DNA from: Macrostomum lignano
Lineage: Eukaryota
Direction: 5' to 3'
Length of the DNA: 30,555 bases
Assembly (NCBI GenBank): GCA_002269645.1
Contig: NIVC01000057.1
Coordinates: forward strand, 1-30,555
Shown: one piece after another, positions 11,370-21,318 of the stretch
Position numbering within the stretch: the first letter of the stretch is position 1
Layout of the letters: each line of letters opens with the position of its first letter
Program-made: the position numbers and the translations under genes
Notes under the pieces: model-generated
The model's database searches: none
What the model was told of the DNA's origin: nothing
Seen by the model: the letters and a program-made list of their open reading frames with translations, nothing else

Positions 11370-12264
11370 ATGCTTCACCCACAAAATATCATGAACTCAT
11401 TCCGCACTGACACAAATGGTGCCTCATCTACTCATGTTGGCCCATCATCGAATCTGGACTTTCTCGATTTGACATCGTCCTTGGCTGCTGGTCCAGACGT
11501 GTCTCAGCTATTAACATCGACAGCAACAGGCTCGAGTGCCTCAGCCTTTGCTAACAGCCATAGCGAAGACCCAAGCGCCACGCTGAACTTCCTCACAGCA
11601 ACCACTTCCAATGCTGAATTCAACCCAGCTGTTTGCGTACCCGACTTCATGCCACTGCTGCCGCCTCAGCAGCATCAGCAGCAGAGCGCTAACATCGACT
11701 GGATGCAAACAGCTGATCAACTGCTGGCTCAGCTGACCTGCCTTCCTCCGCCATCCTCGGCTTGGCCAGAAGAGTTTCCAGGCATTCAGCAGCAGCAGTT
11801 TGCAGTGCCGCCGCCTCGCGGACAGCAGCACCAGCAGAAGCGGCCCATCACTGGCGGCGGTGGACGTTCTGGGCCGTCAAACTTCAATGGCAATTCGCAG
11901 CAGCAGCAGCAGCAGGGAGGTCAGGGCCGCGGGCACAAAGGATGGAGCAATGGAGGAGGACCGTCGGGGTTCTCCAGCAATGGCGGCCAGTTGTCTCCAT
12001 CAACAGCTTGGTCTGTGACAAATAAATGGCAGCAGAGACACGGTAACTCCTCGTCGTCATGGCAACAACAACAGCAACAATTTCACAGCAACTTAGACTG
12101 GACAGGGAATCCGCTGGACAGCCTGAGGTCTTGTCTTGACAGCGTCGACGCTACAGCCGGCGCGATGGACTCCAATGGTAACGCCGCTCTCGCCGCTGTC
12201 CGCTCTGAGGAGCGATTCAGCAGGAAAGTCTTCGTTGGCGGCCTGCCGCCCGACATTGACGAAG
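11370..12264 (+). CDS. CPEB2: CPEB2/3/4 (Orb2-type) cytoplasmic polyadenylation element-binding protein, first coding exon (low-complexity N-terminus and start of RRM1)
   Basis: Long Q/G/S-rich ORF ending EERFSRKVFVGGLPPDIDE; donor G|GTCAGA at 12265 (phase 1). Start codon uncertain (ATG 11370 or 11391, or an upstream exon). The symbol denotes the subfamily, not one-to-one orthology. Confidence 0.88.
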
Positions 12265-12400
12265 GTCAGAGTTTGCCGGGATCGGTGTGACCGTTTCGTT
12301 CACTTTGCTGGTTGACGAGATCTTAAGATAGTGAAGCTTTGGGTTGGTGAATCTTCTACAGATCTGTGAATCTTCGGGTTAGTGAGATTGGTGATTTTTG

Positions 12401-12680
12401 TGGGCTGTAGCCTAGTGGTCAGAGCGTCGGACTCACGACTGGAAGGTCGTGGGTTCGATTCTTGAACCACTCAGAACAATTTGTGTTCTTGAGGAAGACA
12501 CCTAACTCTGCATTGCTTCAGTTCACCCAGCTGTAAAATGGGTGCCAGCATTAGCTGGGGTAATTGAGGCTGTGTGTGGCGACCCCCAGTCCTTGGACTG
12601 AACAGCCGTACGCAGCCTTCAGATGCGCCGCGCAATAGCTGCGGCTGAGCTGTCGGTTGCACATCTGTATAGTGGGGCAG
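12401..12680 (+). mobile_element. tRNA-derived SINE with CORE-like central domain
   Basis: Pol III A-box TAGCCTAGTGG (12408-12418), B-box GGTTCGATTC (12452-12461), then TTGTGTTCTTGAGGAAGACACCTAAC...CAGCTGTAAAATGGG resembling the CORE-SINE consensus. 3' end approximate; no TSD found. Confidence 0.75.
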
Positions 12681-12818
12681 GGGGCAGGGGTAATCGATTG
12701 TTATATATTATTGTTGTGTTAGTAAATCTTCTATGCGTTTGTGAAACTTCCAGTTGGTGAATCTTTAGGCTTATAAATTCTCCGACTCAAGATTTTCGGT
12801 TTGTGAACATTCGGGGTA

Positions 12819-15800
12819 GTGAATCTTCGGGTTGGTGAATCTTCGTGTTAGTAAATCTTCGGGTTGGTGAATCTTCGTGTTAGTAAATCTTCGGGTTAGT
12901 GAATCTTCGGGTTGGTGAATCTCCGGGTTGGTGAATCTTCGGGTTAGTGAATCTTCGGGTTGGTGAATCTCCGGGTTGGTGAATCTTCGGGTCTTATCAG
13001 TGTCTCCTATTGGTGAATCTTCGGTTTGGTGAATCTTCGGTTTGGTGAATCTTCGGGTTGGTGAATCTTCGTGTTAGTGAATCTTCGGGTTGGTGAATCT
13101 TCGGGTTAGTGAATCTTCGGTTTGGTGAATCTTCGGGTCTTATCAGTGTCTCCTATTGGAGAATCTTCGGTTTGGTGAATCTTCGGTCTTATCAGTGTCT
13201 CCTATTGGAGAATCTTCGGTTTGGTGAATCTTTGGGTCTTATCAGTGTCTCCTATTGGAGAATCTTCGGTTTGGTGAATCTTCGTGTTAGTAAATCTTCG
13301 GGTTAGTGAATCTTCGGGTTGGTGAATCTTCGATTTGGTGAATCTTCGGGTCTTATCAGTGTCTCCTATTGGTGAATCTTCGATTTGGTGAATCTTCGGG
13401 TCTTATCAGTGTCTCCTATTGGTGAATCTTCGGGTTGGTGAATCTTCGGGTTGGTGAATCTTCGTGTTAGTGAATCTTCGGTTTGGTGAATCTTCGTGTT
13501 AGTGAATCTTCGGTTTGGTGAATCTTCGGGTCTTATCAGTGTCTCCTATTGGTGAATCTTCGGGTTGGTGAATCTTCGGTTTGGTGAATCTTCGTGTTAG
13601 TGAATCTTCGGTTTGGTGAATCTTCGTGTTAGTGAATCTTCGGGTTGGTGAATCTCCGGGTTGGTGAATCTTCGGGTTGGTGAATCTTCGGGTTGGTGAA
13701 TCTTCGGGTTGGTGAATCTTCGGGTTGGTGAATCTTCGTGTTAGTAAATCTTCGGGTTGGTGAATCTTCGTGTTAGTAAATCTTCGGGTTGGTGAATCTT
13801 CGTGTTAGTAAATCTTCGGGTTGGTGAATCTTCGTGTTAGTAAATCTTCGGGTTGGTGAATCTTCGTGTTAGTGAATCTTCGGGTTGGTGAATCTTCGTG
13901 TTAGTAAATCTTCGGGTTGGTGAATCTTCGTGTTAGTAAATCTTCGGGTTGGTGAATCTTCGTGTTAGTAAATCTTCGGGTTGGTGAATCTTCGTGTTAG
14001 TGAATCTTCGGGTTGGTGAATCTTCGTGTTAGTAAATCTTCGGGTTGGTGAATCTTCGTGTTAGTGAATCTTCGGGTTGGTGAATCTTCGTGTTAGTAAA
14101 TCTTCGGGTTGGTGAATCTTCGTGATAGTGAATCTTCGGGTTGGTGAATCTTCGTGTTAGTAAATCTTCGGGTTGGTGAATCTTCGTGTTAGTGAATCTT
14201 CGGGTTGGTGAATCTTCGTGTTAGTAAATCTTCGGGTTGGTGAATCTTCGTGTTAGTGAATCTTTGGGTTGGTGAATCTTCGTGTTAGTGAATCTTCGGG
14301 TTGGTGAATCTTCGGGTTAGTGAATCTTCGGGTTGGTGAATCTCCGGGTTGGTGAATCTTCGGGTTAGTGAATCTTCGGGTTGGTGAATCTTCGGGTCTT
14401 ATCAGTGTCTCCTATTGGTGAATCTTCGAGTTGGTGAATCTTCGGTTTGGTGAATCTTCGGGTTGGTGAATCTTCGTGTTAGTGAATCTTCGGGTTAATG
14501 AATCTTCGGGTTAGTGAATCTTCGGTTTGGTGAATCTTCGGGTCTTATCAGTGTCTCCTATTGGAGAATCTTCGGTTTGGTGAATCTTCGGGTCTTATCA
14601 GTGTCTCCTATTGGAGAATCTTCGGTTTGGTGAATCTTTGGGTCTTATCAGTGTCTCCTATTGGAGAATCTTCGGTTTGGTGAATCTTCGTGTTAGTAAA
14701 TCTTCGGGTTAGTGAATCTTCGGGTTGGTGAATCTTCGATTTGGTGAATCTTCGGGTCTTATCAGTGTCTCCTATTGGTGAATCTTCGATTTGGTGAATC
14801 TTCGGGTCTTATCAGTGTCTCCTATTGGTGAATCTTCGGGTTGGTGAATCTTCGGGTTGGTGAATCTTCGTGTTAGTGAATCTTCTGTTTGGTGAATCTT
14901 CGGGTCTTATCAGTGTCTCCTATTGGTGAATCTTCGGGTTGGTGAATCTTCGGTTTGGTGAATCTTCGTGTTAGTGAATCTTCGGTTTGGTGAATCTTCG
15001 TGTTAGTGAATCTTCGGGTTGGTGAATCTCCGGGTTGGTGAATCTTCGGGTTGGTGAATCTTCGGGTTGGTGAATCTTCGGGTTGGTGAATCTTCGGGTT
15101 GGTGAATCTTCGGGTTGGTGAATCTTCGGGTTGGTGAATCTTCGTGTTAGTAAATCTTCGGGTTGGTGAATCTTCGTGTTAGTAAATCTTCGGGTTGGTG
15201 AATCTTCGTGTTAGTAAATCTTCGGGTTGGTGAATCTTCGTGTTAGTAAATCTTCGGGTTGGTGAATCTTCGTGTTAGTAAATCTTCGGGTTGGTGAATC
15301 TTCGTGTTAGTAAATCTTCGGGTTGGTGAATCTTCGTGTTAGTGAATCTTCGGGTTGGTGAATCTTCGTGTTAGTAAATCTTCGGGTTGGTGAATCTTCG
15401 TGTTAGTGAATCTTCGGGTTGGTGAATCTTCGTGTTAGTAAATCTTCGGGTTGGTGAATCTTCGTGTTAGTGAATCTTCGGGTTGGTGAATCTTCGTGTT
15501 AGTAAATCTTCGGGTTGGTGAATCTTCGTGTTAGTGAATCTTCGGGTTGGTGAATCTTCGTGTTAGTAAATCTTCGGGTTGGTGAATCTTCGTGTTAGTG
15601 AATCTTCGGGTTGGTGAATCTTCGTGTTAGTAAATCTTCGGGTTGGTGAATCTTCGTGTTAGTGAATCTTTGGGTTGGTGAATCTTCGTGTTAGTGAATC
15701 TTCGGGTTGGTGAATCTTCGGGTTAGTGAATCTTCGGGTTGGTGAATCTCCGGGTTGGTGAATCTTCGTGTTAGTGAATCTTCGGGTTGGTGAATCTTCG

Positions 15801-16660
15801 GGTTAGTGAATCTTCGGGTTGGTGAATCTCCGGGTTGGTGAATCTTCGGGTTAGTGAATCTTCGGGTTGGTGAATCTTCGGGTCTTATCAGTGTCTCCTA
15901 TTGGTGAATCTTCGGTTTGGTGAATCTTCGGTTTGGTGAATCTTCGGGTTGGTGAATCTTCGTGTTAGTGAATCTTCGGGTTAATGAATCTTCGGGTTAG
16001 TGAATCTTCGGTTTGGTGAATCTTCGGGTCTTATCAGTGTCTCCTATTGGAGAATCTTCGGTTTGGTGAATCTTCGTGTTAGTAAATCTTCGGGTTGGTG
16101 AATCTCTGGGTTAGTGAATCTTCGGGTTAGTGAATCTTCGGGTTAGTGAATCTTCGGTTTGGTGAATCTTCGGGTCTTATCAGTGTCTCCTATTGGTGAA
16201 TCTTCGGGTTGGTGAATCTTCGGGTCTTATCAGTGTCTCCTATTGGAGAATCTTCGGTTTGGTGAATCTTCGTGTTAGTAAATCTTCGGGTTGGTGAATC
16301 TCTGGGTTAGTGAATCTTCGGGTTAGTGAATCTTCGGGTTAGTGAATCTTCGGGTTGGTGAATCTTCGGGTTGGTGAATCTTCGTGTTAGTAAATCTTCG
16401 GGTTGGTGAATCTCTGGGTTAGTGAATCTTCGGGTTAGTGAATCTTCGGGTTAGTGAATCTTCGGTTTGGTGAATCTTCGGGTCTTATCAGTGTCTCCTA
16501 TTGGTGAATCTTCGGGTTGGTGAATCTTCGGGTCTTATCAGTGTCTCCTATTGGTGAATCTTCGGGTTGGTGAATCTTCGGGTCTTATCAGTGTCTCCTA
16601 TTGGTGAATCTTCGGGTTGGTGAATCTTCGGGTTGGTGAATCTTCGGATTAGTGAATCCT
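12819..16660. repeat. 16-bp satellite (GTGAATCTTCGGGTTG and variants, plus a 34-bp extended unit) in CPEB intron 1
   Basis: About 3.85 kb, over 200 units; recurrent variants ...CGTGTTA, GTAAATC..., and ...GGTCTTATCAGTGTCTCCTATTG. Confidence 0.98.
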
Positions 16661-16798
16661 ATTTACAAGTTAGTGAATGCTTAGTGTTCGGTGATCATTC
16701 TTACGATATTTTAGTAAATATATTTTTTTGTTGTTTTTTTCCGGTTCGTGAACTTTCCTAGTCAGAAACTTCATGACTGAATGACCCCCTCTCTTCAG

Positions 16799-16888
16799 AC
16801 GAGATCGGCAATGCCTTTCGCCGGTTCGGGCCCCTCACAATTGACTGGCCGCACAAGCAGGACAGCAAGACCTACTTTCCGCCGAAAG
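16799..16888 (+). CDS. CPEB2: CPEB2/3/4-type, RRM1 exon (90 nt)
   Basis: Acceptor CTCTCTTCAG|AC; encodes DEIGNAFRRFGPLTIDWPHKQDSKTYFPPK; donor G|GTGAAT; phase 1-1. Confidence 0.95.
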
Positions 16889-17472
16889 GTGAATCCCTAA
16901 TTAATTATTAATTAGCTTTACAGTACACTGTGCGCACTTATTAAGTGCTTCTTTACAAAATGTTGCTATTAAACAAAAAACAAATATTTAGTCAAGCTCC
17001 ACGTGCCAGATGGGATCATCTTCGCTGCATCCGCTGCTGGGACAAAAATATTCTGAAGGGAGTTTTGAAGTCTTCCTGGTTGCGAGGATCCACACCCCCC
17101 CCCCCCTAGTGGGCAAGGGATGAAGAAGGATGCTGGGAGGTTTCGGGGAAACGATCGTGAGGAAAGGACTTAAGGGAATGTGGAATTTTTCTAATCTTTT
17201 ATGTGGAAGAAAAATGGGCTCCGTGTGCAGTGCGCGGGCTCTCCGTTTCCCCCTCTCCCTGTGCCGGATGCGGTTTTGCGGAGAGTCTGGCTCCGGGGCC
17301 GCAGCGACCAGGGAGTTGCTGTTAGCTGTTGGGTGCTGCTGCACTTTTCCTTCGGGCAGCCCGGGAATGGGGGCGGGGAGGACGGCTGAGGGCACGGGAG
17401 GTTAAGCCGCTGGCAGCGAGCGCTACTGAGTGTCTGCAAAGCGGGACTCTGTTTGGATATTCTGCTTCTCCT

Positions 17473-17792
<320 letters not shown>

Positions 17793-17950
17793 TTCTGCAA
17801 AGTTTGCAGTCAATCTATCTCACGAGTCACGACATCCGTTCCTTAGCCTATATAAAGCAGCTCTATTTACTCAAACAAGCCGCCCCAATTCCCTCCTCTC
17901 CAACCGTCTCACTTTTCGCCTAAAACTCGCCGTCGCCCCCGCCCTCCCAG

Positions 17951-18069
17951 GCTACTGCTTCATCCTGTTCCAAGACGAGTCGAGCGTGCAGAGTCTGATG
18001 GAGGCCTGCATCAGTGACGGGGAGCGGCACTACTGGTGCGTGTCCTCGCCCACCATGAAGGATAAGCCG
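17951..18069 (+). CDS. CPEB2: CPEB2/3/4-type, RRM1 C-terminal exon
   Basis: Acceptor CCCTCCCAG|GC; encodes GYCFILFQDESSVQSLMEAC...YWCVSSPTMKDKP; donor |GTAAGC at 18070 (phase 0). Confidence 0.95.
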
Positions 18070-18229
18070 GTAAGCTGAAGTGCGCGCGATGACGCCCGCA
18101 TGATGCTGGGGTCTGCTTTAAGTATGAGCGGTACTTTTGCGCGATGTCGTTTCGCTGCTTATTTACTTGGGGAACTGACCTAGTTAAATAGACAGAACCT
18201 GGAAATTACTAGCGGTTCTAGAGGATAGA

Positions 18230-18838
18230 ATGAGAGAAAAATACATCAGAGAGAAGATAAAAGATACGAGAGAAGAGATCTTACTGAGAAGATGTGGGCA
18301 GAAGAGAGATCTCATAGAGAATATTGGGCGGAAGAGAGATCTCACAGAGAAGATGGGGAAGAAGAGATCTCATACAGATGGGGAGAAGAGAGATCTCAGA
18401 GAGATGGGGTGCAAAGAGAGATCTCAGAGAGATGGGGTGCGAAGAGAACTCATAGAGATGTGGGAGAAGAGAGATCTCAGAGAGATGGAGTGCGAAGAGA
18501 TCTCATAGAGATTGGGAGAAGAGAGATCTCATAGAGATGTGGGAGAAGAGAACTCATAGAGATGTGGGAGAAGAGAACTCATAGAGATGTGGGAGAAGAG
18601 AACTCATAGAGATGTGGGAGAAGAGAACTCATAGAGATGTGGGAGAAGAGAGATCTCAGAGAATATTGGGCGGAAGAGAGATCTCACAGAGAAGATGGGG
18701 AAGAAGAGATCTCATACAGATGGGGAGAAGAGAGATCTTAGAGAGATGGGGTGCGAAGAGATCTCATAGAGATGTGGGAGAAGAGAACTCATAGAGATGT
18801 GGGAGAAGAGAACTCAGAGAGATGGGGAAGAAGAGAGA
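18230..18838. repeat. Purine-rich 25-27-bp minisatellite (GAGATGTGGGAGAAGAGAACTCATA / ...GAGAGATCTCA) in CPEB intron 3
   Basis: About 20 related units, with a diverged block repeated at about 18300 and 18650. Confidence 0.93.
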
Positions 18839-19863
18839 TATCCTAATGGATATAGATGAAAATTAAGTTCGAACAAAGATTCATTTAAAGCCCCTTTTCA
18901 CTTAAACACTAGTGAATGCTTAGCATACATAAAGTTACAAATGGCGCATTATATATATTATCACTGTGGGCAATGTCCCTGCATGCTCTGTGTAGTCTGC
19001 TGGCAGTCTGCTTTATTATCAACATTGCTCGATTCACCGCAGTCCTCTTTGAGTTGAAGTTAGGCTTCGGCCATGGTTAGTCTTTTGTGTGCTTTTTTTC
19101 TGGCTTTGTTGACAGAGCAAATTTCCATGAGTGGTGTGTGTGTGTCTGTGTGTCTCTGTGTACTTCTATCCCCATTTGACTGACTGCATGACTAACCTGG
19201 ATGGACGGACCTAGACCGATGATTGATTGATCATTTTGCCTTAAATATTTGGTTAGGATTTACAGTTTTGTAACTGGCTTCTTGCGTTACCTTGGATATA
19301 GTTTATAAGCGTTTAGGTCATCTGAGGTCATAAGGTCAGGTATAGGACCGTCTTATAGTTGAGGTTCGAAATACATATAGACATTCCGTGGGGACTGTTT
19401 GCTAAACGAAGGTCATTTAACGTCAAGAAGCTTGTATAGTAAAATAAAAATAATTAGCCATTCTTTTTCGAATTTAAACACTCTTAAGACTCTTGCAGTC
19501 TCGACATCCGCTTAATTAGCACCTCACTAATCCCACTGCTCCTGATCCTCTGTTGCCTCCCGGCTTTTTAGGCGACAATTTTTTGGCGTCGACACTTTTC
19601 TTTTATCAGCTGCTCTTGCAGTGTGGCAGAGCCGCAGATCATCTTGTCGCTTCCTCTCTCTCTCTTTGTCTGGCTTTCTTTAGGCTTCTGCGGCTTGATG
19701 TGTCTCTGCTCTTCTAGTCTAGTTCTCCCACTTCTTCAAATATCCGCTCTTTGATCTTCCGAGTGTCTGGCAACAGGTTATTTTCAAGATGGATGATATT
19801 ATTATGGCGCTGAAATCCCGAGACTAGCCTATGGTTTCAGGGTCGTCGAGTCTTACGAAATAG

Positions 19864-20482
19864 AATCACGTGATGACTAGAAGCGAAATATTGGAATCAC
19901 GTGATTGAATTTGATAAACAAGTTGATTTTCTATAAGTAAACTTCCCTAATAAAAACCGTAAAATTTCATTGCCACGTGACTAAAATTGAGCAAACTAAA
20001 TCAGTCACTTGACTGAAATCAAGCAAAAAACCAAAGTCACGTGACTCACATTGAGCAAATAAACCTAAGTCACGTGACTGAAAAGTGGGCAAACAAAATC
20101 AAATTCGCGTGTTTAAGTTGATCTAGCAAAATCAAAATCACGTGACAGAAATTGAACAAATAGAATCAGAGTCACGTGATTGAAATTTAGCAAACTAAAT
20201 CCTAGTCACGTGACTAAAATTGAGCAAACAAAATCAAAGTCACGTGATAAAATTAGATCTAGGAAAATCAAAATCACGTGACTGAGCAAACAAAACCAGA
20301 GTCATGTGACTAAATTAGAACAAACAAAAATCAAAGTCACGTGTCTAAACTTTTAATAACTAAATCAAATCACGTGACTAAAATTGAGCAAGCGAACTCG
20401 ATGCCACGTTATGAAAAGCAAGCAAACTAAAGCTTGAGTCACGTGACTAAAATTGAGCAAACTAAATCCTAAGTCGCGTGGC
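19864..20482. promoter_or_regulatory. Phased array of palindromic E-box (RTCACGTGAY) cores; candidate intronic enhancer or diverged ~34-bp tandem repeat
   Basis: 13 perfect CACGTG plus 5 one-mismatch variants; 16 of them in a continuous run spaced 28-35 bp (mostly 32-35). Regulatory role is inferred. Confidence 0.55.
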
Positions 20483-20528
20483 TTCCATCGATAAATGAAT
20501 GAATATTACAATCCCGTCACTCCTCAAG

Positions 20529-21056
20529 GTGCAAATCCGTCCTTGGCGACTAAGCGAATCAGACTTCGTATTGGACGCCAGCCAGCCGTTGGATCCGCGC
20601 AAAACAATATTCGTTGGCGGCGTGCCAAGACCGTTGCGCGCCTGCGAGCTGGCCAACATCATGAACAGCCTCTACGGCGGGGTCTGCTACGCCGGCATCG
20701 ACACCGACCCGGAGCTCAAGTACCCCAAAGGCGCCGGTCGGGTAGCCTTCAGCAGCCAGCAGAGCTACATCGCCGCAATCAGCGCCAGGTTTGTACAGCT
20801 TCGACATGGCGCCGACATTGACAAACGAGTGGAAGTGAAGCCCTACGTGTTGGACGATCAAATGTGCGACGAGTGCGGCGGCGCCATGAGCGGCGGCAAA
20901 TTTGCGCCATTTTTCTGCGCCAATGTGACCTGCCTGCAGTACTACTGCGACCACTGCTGGGGTGTCATCCACGATCCGGCCTCGGGGCGGCAGTTCCACA
21001 AGCCGCTGGTTAAAGAAGGGGCAGATAGGCCCCGTACTGTGCCGTTCAGGTGGTGA
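20529..21056 (+). CDS. CPEB2: CPEB2/3/4-type, terminal exon (RRM2 and ZZ-like zinc-binding domain)
   Basis: Acceptor CTCCTCAAG|GTG; VQIRPW...DPRKTIFVGGVPRPLRA...YPKGAGRVAF...CDEC...FFCANVTCLQYYCDHCW...H...HKPLVKEG, nearly identical to the CPEB2-4/Orb2 C-terminus; stop TGA 21054-21056. Confidence 0.97.
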   Translation: MQIRPWRLSESDFVLDASQPLDPRKTIFVGGVPRPLRACELANIMNSLYGGVCYAGIDTDPELKYPKGAGRVAFSSQQSYIAAISARFVQLRHGADIDKRVEVKPYVLDDQMCDECGGAMSGGKFAPFFCANVTCLQYYCDHCWGVIHDPASGRQFHKPLVKEGADRPRTVPFRW

Positions 21057-21318
21057 TGTACATAATTGGTGGCGGCTCCTTTTTATGTGTGCGCGTGTTT
21101 TTAGTTATCTACAGGGGTTTGTGCGGTGTAGGTAGGTTCATCTGCTGTATTATTTATCATTAATATATTATCGCTTCATGTGTTTGATGTTTGCCGACGA
21201 CATTCCAGAGTTGCGTTGCGAGTTTAAGAATTAGCGCGCGATTGAAGATTAAAAAAACAAGAGTCACGTGAGTCACAACATTTTTTTAATAAAATAAATC
21301 GAAAAGAAGAGTTTTAAT
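21057..21318 (+). promoter_or_regulatory. CPEB 3' UTR elements: Pumilio element, CPEs and AATAAA hexamers
   Basis: TGTACATA 21057-21064; TTTTTAT 21080-21086; TTTTAAT 21284-21290 overlapping AATAAA 21288-21293; second AATAAA 21293-21298; TTTTAAT 21312-21318. Confidence 0.55.

Noticed and set aside
12401-12475. Possible tRNA-Val(CAC) gene
   Set aside because: The T stem (GTGGG/CTTGA) and acceptor stem do not pair, and a CORE-like domain follows, so it is a SINE head.
19500-19830. Purine-rich minus-strand stretch that translates to protein-like fragments (RHNNIIHLENNLLPDTRKIKERIFEE...)
   Set aside because: Stops interrupt every frame within about 35 codons and no family is recognisable.
19864-20482. 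CRISPR-like repeat-spacer appearance
   Set aside because: The conserved core is only about 10 bp, the spacers are homologous to each other, there are no cas genes, and the context is a eukaryotic intron.
20559-20999. Antisense or alternate-frame ORFs over real exons (also 11541-12025, 25844-26501, 28902-29345)
   Set aside because: Shadow ORFs typical of GC-rich coding sequence; the main frames carry the conserved motifs.
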